Source: Nitrospirales bacterium
Lineage (GTDB): Bacteria; Nitrospirota; Nitrospiria; Nitrospirales; UBA8639
Reading direction: 5' to 3'
DNA: 64,000 nucleotides
Assembly (NCBI GenBank): GCA_963422365.1
Contig: OY729426.1
Span: forward strand, 640,001 to 704,000
Positions 60,090 through 64,000 of this stretch are shown one piece after another; position 1 is the stretch's first letter, and every line of letters starts with the position of its first letter. The translations under genes were made by a program, and so were the position numbers. The notes beneath the pieces were generated by a model. It was not told the origin of the DNA and did not search any database. It saw only the letters and a list, made by a program, of their open reading frames with translations.

Positions 60090-61068
60090 TTAGGCCCACT
60101 TACAGGAGGGTCGGCTCCCATCCGGCTCCAGCACCTCATACAGCAAAGCGTTGAGTAACCATCCCCGCGTTTCCTCACCTGTAGCCAGGCTAGTTTCCAG
60201 ACGGTCGCACAGGCCCATTAGTTCATCGACCTTGTCGACGAAGCGGTCTTGTTCAGCGAGGGGTGGGAGAGGGACAGGAGTATGAAGCAATGTCTGCTGA
60301 TTGATCTTGGGCATAGTCTTTTGAGCGCCAGTCGCATTGATCGAGAAGTAGGTTCGTGCATCAGGAGAAACAACTGCCAGGTAAACATACGGCAGGGAGA
60401 GCCCATTGAGTAAACGGACCTTAGTAATCAGGTCTGGATACAGGAAGACTCCGCTTGCGCCGGAAAAATAAGCCGCAATCCCGACATACTCTCTCGTGTT
60501 ACCTCTCCGAAAAAGCAGAGCACCATCATGCAGCCAGTATTCTGAATCCGCTGGAACGTTAGCTTCGACATGCTTGAAATATGAAGCGTCGAACGTACCA
60601 CTGGTGGTTGCTGTAAGCATAATGGCTTTTGGAGCATCGGTTGAGTTTGTAGCTTTTGGCGAAATACCGTTCTGTGGTCCAAACGAAATGAGCTTTCCGA
60701 GTGGGACCCAACGCCACGAACTTGGAATCAAAGCCAAGTTATCCTGAATCTCCAAGTTGCAAGTGACGGCGGAATGTTTGAGTTTTTTCCCGACGATTAA
60801 GCGCTTTTGCTGGATACTGAATTCTTCTAGCAGGTCATCGACACCACTCTCACTTGATTCCTGCTCGACCAGCTTCCGACGTACCGCAGGGGTAAGGATG
60901 GTCTGACGTAACGCCTTGATCGGGGCGGGGTGGGTGGTGAGTGGTACAAGGTTTTTGAAGGCAAAAGCCGCGTGGTTCTGAAATACCGTCGGGTCGGGAT
61001 CGGGCGCGTGAAGGCGGGCGAGGCTTGTCACCGTCAGCCGGTCGTGCGTCGTTTCCCGCTCTGTCCGT
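60090..61068 (-). pseudogene. hsdS: C-terminal half of a type I HsdS
   Basis: IKALRQTIL, IPSSWRWVPLG, PLPPLAEQDRFVDKVDELMGLCDRLE; 5' half missing. Confidence 0.8.
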
Positions 61069-61746
61069 GACGTTGCGGTCAGCTAGGAACAGGATGTGTT
61101 TCTTGTGGTCGGCTTTCCACAGCTGCCAAATGATCTGAAAGGCCGTGCAGGTCTTGCCCGTTCCCGTCGCCATGACGAGCAGGATGCGGTCACGGCCATT
61201 GGCGATCGACTCTATGGCGGCGTTGATAGCATTAGCCTGGTAGTAGCGCGGTGTTTTGCCGCTGCCATCGTCAAAATAATCTTGAAGGACGATTGCCTCC
61301 ACCTCGGATGTCAGGCCCTTCCAAGCGCAATAGCGTGCCCACAGGTCTCCTGGTAACGGAAAGGAATCGTTATCGAGAGTGGTCTCTTTTTCAGCGCCGA
61401 TGCCGGTCCGGTCATGGAATACGAAACCGTCACCGTTGGAGGAGAATACGAAGGGGACATTCAACGTGTCGGCATAATCGAGGGCCTTTTGCATGCCGTC
61501 GCCGATGGCATGAGTCTTATCCTTGGCCTCGATCAGCGCAATGGGATGTGAGGCTTGTCGTACAGAACGTAGTCGGCTCGCTTGGCCTTGCCTCGGCTGA
61601 CCAGCTTGCCGCGCACGATGATGCGCCCCTTGGTGAAGCCGACCTCCTCGCGGATTTGCGCCATCTCGTCCCACCTGGCCTTGCGCAGGGCCCGGGGTGA
61701 TGAACTTGGTACAGATGTCGCGCTCGCTCAGGCTTTTCTTGTTCAT
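61069..61746 (-). pseudogene. hsdR: N-terminal fragment of an EcoAI-type HsdR
   Basis: MNKKSLSERDICTKFITP, IALIEAK, FSSNGDGF, PRYYQ, MATGTGKT, ILFLADRNV then an abrupt junction into hsdS; compensating frameshifts near the 5' end. Confidence 0.85.
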
Positions 61747-61810
61747 GAGCACACCGTCTTCTCTGTTGTGTTCAGCTTGTACAATGCACACCAACGGGAG
61801 CCGAAAGTGT

Positions 61811-61841
61811 CTGGATTCCCGTTAGAAACTGCGGGAATGAC
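61811..61841. repeat. CTGGATTCCCG...CGGGAATGAC REP-like unit
   Basis: Reverse-orientation copy of the 49879-49910 family, at the island edge. Confidence 0.7.
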
Positions 61842-62036
61842 CCTTCCAATGACTGCACCAAACATTGAAGGCCCACACCCCCAAACAAATGAACGAACCT
61901 TGTCAACGAATGAGTGAACATATACAAGAATGACCTTGGAAGGACGCGGAGCTGGCAGGGGTGGGGTAGACAAGATCCTGCTAGGATTTCGGGAGGGGAC
62001 GGGGTATCATAGACGGTCTACGCCCAAGACCGTCTG

Positions 62037-62522
62037 ATGATCGTGAAAAAAGGCATCGTGACCATAGAAGAACTCCTGCCTCTTGTGACTCGACGAAGAG
62101 CACAAGGCGACCGTGTGGTCTTGACGAACGGCTGCTTCGACTTGCTTCACGTCGGGCATATCCGGTATCTCCAATCGGCACGAGCGTTAGGGGACGTGCT
62201 GGTCGTAGGTGTCAACAGTGATGCGTCCGCTCAGACCCTGAAGAAAGGGCCTGGTCGGCCTGTTATCCCAGACGGGCACCGGATGGAGGTCCTGAGTGCG
62301 CTGTCTTGTGTGAACTACGTCGTCAAGTTTGAGGAACCCGATCCGCTGCTCCTGATTGAAACGATACAGCCTGATGTCCTAGTGAAAGGCGGAGATTGGC
62401 CGGTCGATCAAATTGTCGGCCAATCCAGTGTGGAGGCCCGAGGGGGCACCGTCATCAGCATCCCGCTTGTGCCTGAAATCTCAACGAGTCGTATTATTGA
62501 ACGCATCCAAAAACTGGGCTGA
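62037..62522 (+). CDS. rfaE2: D-glycero-beta-D-manno-heptose 1-phosphate adenylyltransferase
   Basis: TNGCFDLLHVGH, VGVNSDAS, KGPGRP, LVKGGDW, STSRII. Confidence 0.93.
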   Translation: MIVKKGIVTIEELLPLVTRRRAQGDRVVLTNGCFDLLHVGHIRYLQSARALGDVLVVGVNSDASAQTLKKGPGRPVIPDGHRMEVLSALSCVNYVVKFEEPDPLLLIETIQPDVLVKGGDWPVDQIVGQSSVEARGGTVISIPLVPEISTSRIIERIQKLG

Positions 62523-62624
62523 GCGCAAGAAGGGCCTGACGGCGTTTCTGCCTCGGTCGCATGAGATGCGATCCTACAGGCACATGCGTCAAAGCTACCA
62601 CCGGCTCAAGCCCATCCCCTTATC

Positions 62625-64000
62625 ATGAACACTCCCAGAATGAACACCATGTTGCAGTCATCATGCGACCACATTCTGATGCCCCTGCTTGAGGCCTTGA
62701 CCGCTCCAGGGGCCCAACCCTTAGTCCTAGGGCCACACGGCCCAAGCCTCGCGTTCATCCTCAGCCTGTTGAGGACAACGCATCAAGGCGATGACCAGAC
62801 GGCTTCGGCCTACGATCAATCGTTACAAGGGACCCTTCCCCACAACTGGCTTATTCTGATGCCGACTCAGGAAGAGGCGGAATCGTTAGGCCAAGACTTG
62901 GCGTTTTTCTTTGCTTTCTTCAACCTCCCCGCCGAATCCCTGGCACTTTTCCCGGACCGAGGGCAATCCCCGTATGAAGCCAGTTCGCCATCTAGCGACC
63001 TCGTCGCGCAACGGATGCGAACCTTATTTCACCTTCAAACCCATCGCCCCGCCGTTGTCATCACGACACCTCACGCTGCCTCACAGTATCTGCTCCCCCA
63101 GTCCGTTTTTGCCCAATCATGTTTAACCGTCAAAGCAGGCAGCGTGATTGATCGGGAATCGTTGCTCCGCCATTTGCTGTGGACCGGATATCGACGAGTG
63201 TCCGCCGTGGAAATCCCCGGAGAATTTAGTATTCGAGGCGGCATCGTTGATATCTTTTCCACCGGTGCGACCAACCCCTACCGGATAGAATTTTGGGGCG
63301 ATACCGTCGAGTCCACCCGTTGGTTTGATCCGGGCACGCAAGAATCCACCGACTCCGTCCTCTCCGCGGTGCTCCTTCCTGCCCGGGAATACCTTCTCCC
63401 ACCCGACAAACCTGACCGTTGGCTTTCCGAAATCCTGCCGGATGCCGAGTGGCGATTGCCGGAAATTTATCCCTCCATGGCCACCCTTCCGGAGTACTTT
63501 TCAGCTTCGCCTTTCGTGGTCATGGATCGTCCCACCACCCTGGCGCAGGTTGCACAGGCATGGGGGGAGCGCCTACGGGCCGCATGGGAGGAACACGACA
63601 CGGCGAGCAACGGCGTTTCGTACCCCGAGCCTTCTCAACAGTGTGTCGGCTGGGACAAGTTTCTGCTGAGCACGTCCGATGGCCCATCTCTGGCGTTTGA
63701 CGTCGTCACGCCTGTTGAGCGTTCTTGGACACCAGTCATTCCCCTTTCTCTCCAATCGGCCAAGAGCGTGGGATTGGGGCTCCGTGGAACGTCCTTTACC
63801 GATACCCTGACGATCTTAGAACGGCTTCGCCGTGACGGGCCAGTTGTGGTCGTCGTTCGATCATCCGGACAGGTCGGGCGCTTGTTAGGGTTGTTCGCCG
63901 AACATCACGCGCACGCGACTGAACACAACCCCTTCCTTCACTCTCTTCACCCTTCGGAACGAACGCCGTTTTATATTCTTCAAGGTTTTCTTTCGTCAGG
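62625..64000 (+). CDS. mfd: Transcription-repair coupling factor (5' part, runs off the window)
   Basis: Open frame not in the ORF track: FPDRGQSPYE...GYRRVSAVEIPGEFSIRGGIVDIFS...RIEFWGDTVES..WFDPGTQES. Confidence 0.88.
   Translation, partial: MNTPRMNTMLQSSCDHILMPLLEALTAPGAQPLVLGPHGPSLAFILSLLRTTHQGDDQTASAYDQSLQGTLPHNWLILMPTQEEAESLGQDLAFFFAFFNLPAESLALFPDRGQSPYEASSPSSDLVAQRMRTLFHLQTHRPAVVITTPHAASQYLLPQSVFAQSCLTVKAGSVIDRESLLRHLLWTGYRRVSAVEIPGEFSIRGGIVDIFSTGATNPYRIEFWGDTVESTRWFDPGTQESTDSVLSAVLLPAREYLLPPDKPDRWLSEILPDAEWRLPEIYPSMATLPEYFSASPFVVMDRPTTLAQVAQAWGERLRAAWEEHDTASNGVSYPEPSQQCVGWDKFLLSTSDGPSLAFDVVTPVERSWTPVIPLSLQSAKSVGLGLRGTSFTDTLTILERLRRDGPVVVVVRSSGQVGRLLGLFAEHHAHATEHNPFLHSLHPSERTPFYILQGFLSS

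Noticed and set aside
49971..61841. tRNA-Val as integration site of defence island 3
   Set aside because: The island lies on the tRNA's 5' side. No duplicated tRNA 3' end and no integrase were seen.

Overview
Bacterial chromosomal window with a housekeeping backbone (dapA-dapB, hemL, purM, apaH, gmhA, gpsA, larB/larC, pdxA, rsmB, rpe, archaeal-type pheST, rplT-rpmI-infC-thrS, rfaE2, 5' part of mfd, tRNA-Gln(TTG), tRNA-Val(GAC)). The gene set suggests Nitrospirota, but that is inference. Three defence islands interrupt the backbone. (1) 1.8-11.6 kb: dual-OB + 2x DUF488, then a type III-like Mod/Res pair with a TIR gene and a decayed MNT-HEPN pair between them. (2) 26.5-35.4 kb: TcmP + DUF5131, a decayed type I RM, and an intact TIGR04255-led three-gene operon. 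(3) 50.3-61.8 kb: a decayed CdnC-like cyclase, a BglII-like REase/MT-A70 pair, an HI1419/HI1420-type TA pair, XRE-ImmA + PIN, a type II (short) CBASS with a broken patatin effector, and a collapsed type I RM. The most unusual signal is two four-helix-bundle (TIGR02436 / 23S-IVS / Avd-like) genes, each bracketed by inverted arrays of 7-nt repeats and each inside an RM locus. One is nested in the +1 frame of the Mod gene and leaves the host frame open. The other's repeats enclose the four-helix gene plus an HsdS target-recognition domain. Small palindromic repeats are also inserted in frame in coding genes. Many effector genes are pseudogenised while their protective partners remain intact. No CRISPR array, reverse transcriptase, intact transposase or integrase was seen. 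All family calls are by motif recognition; no database search was run.
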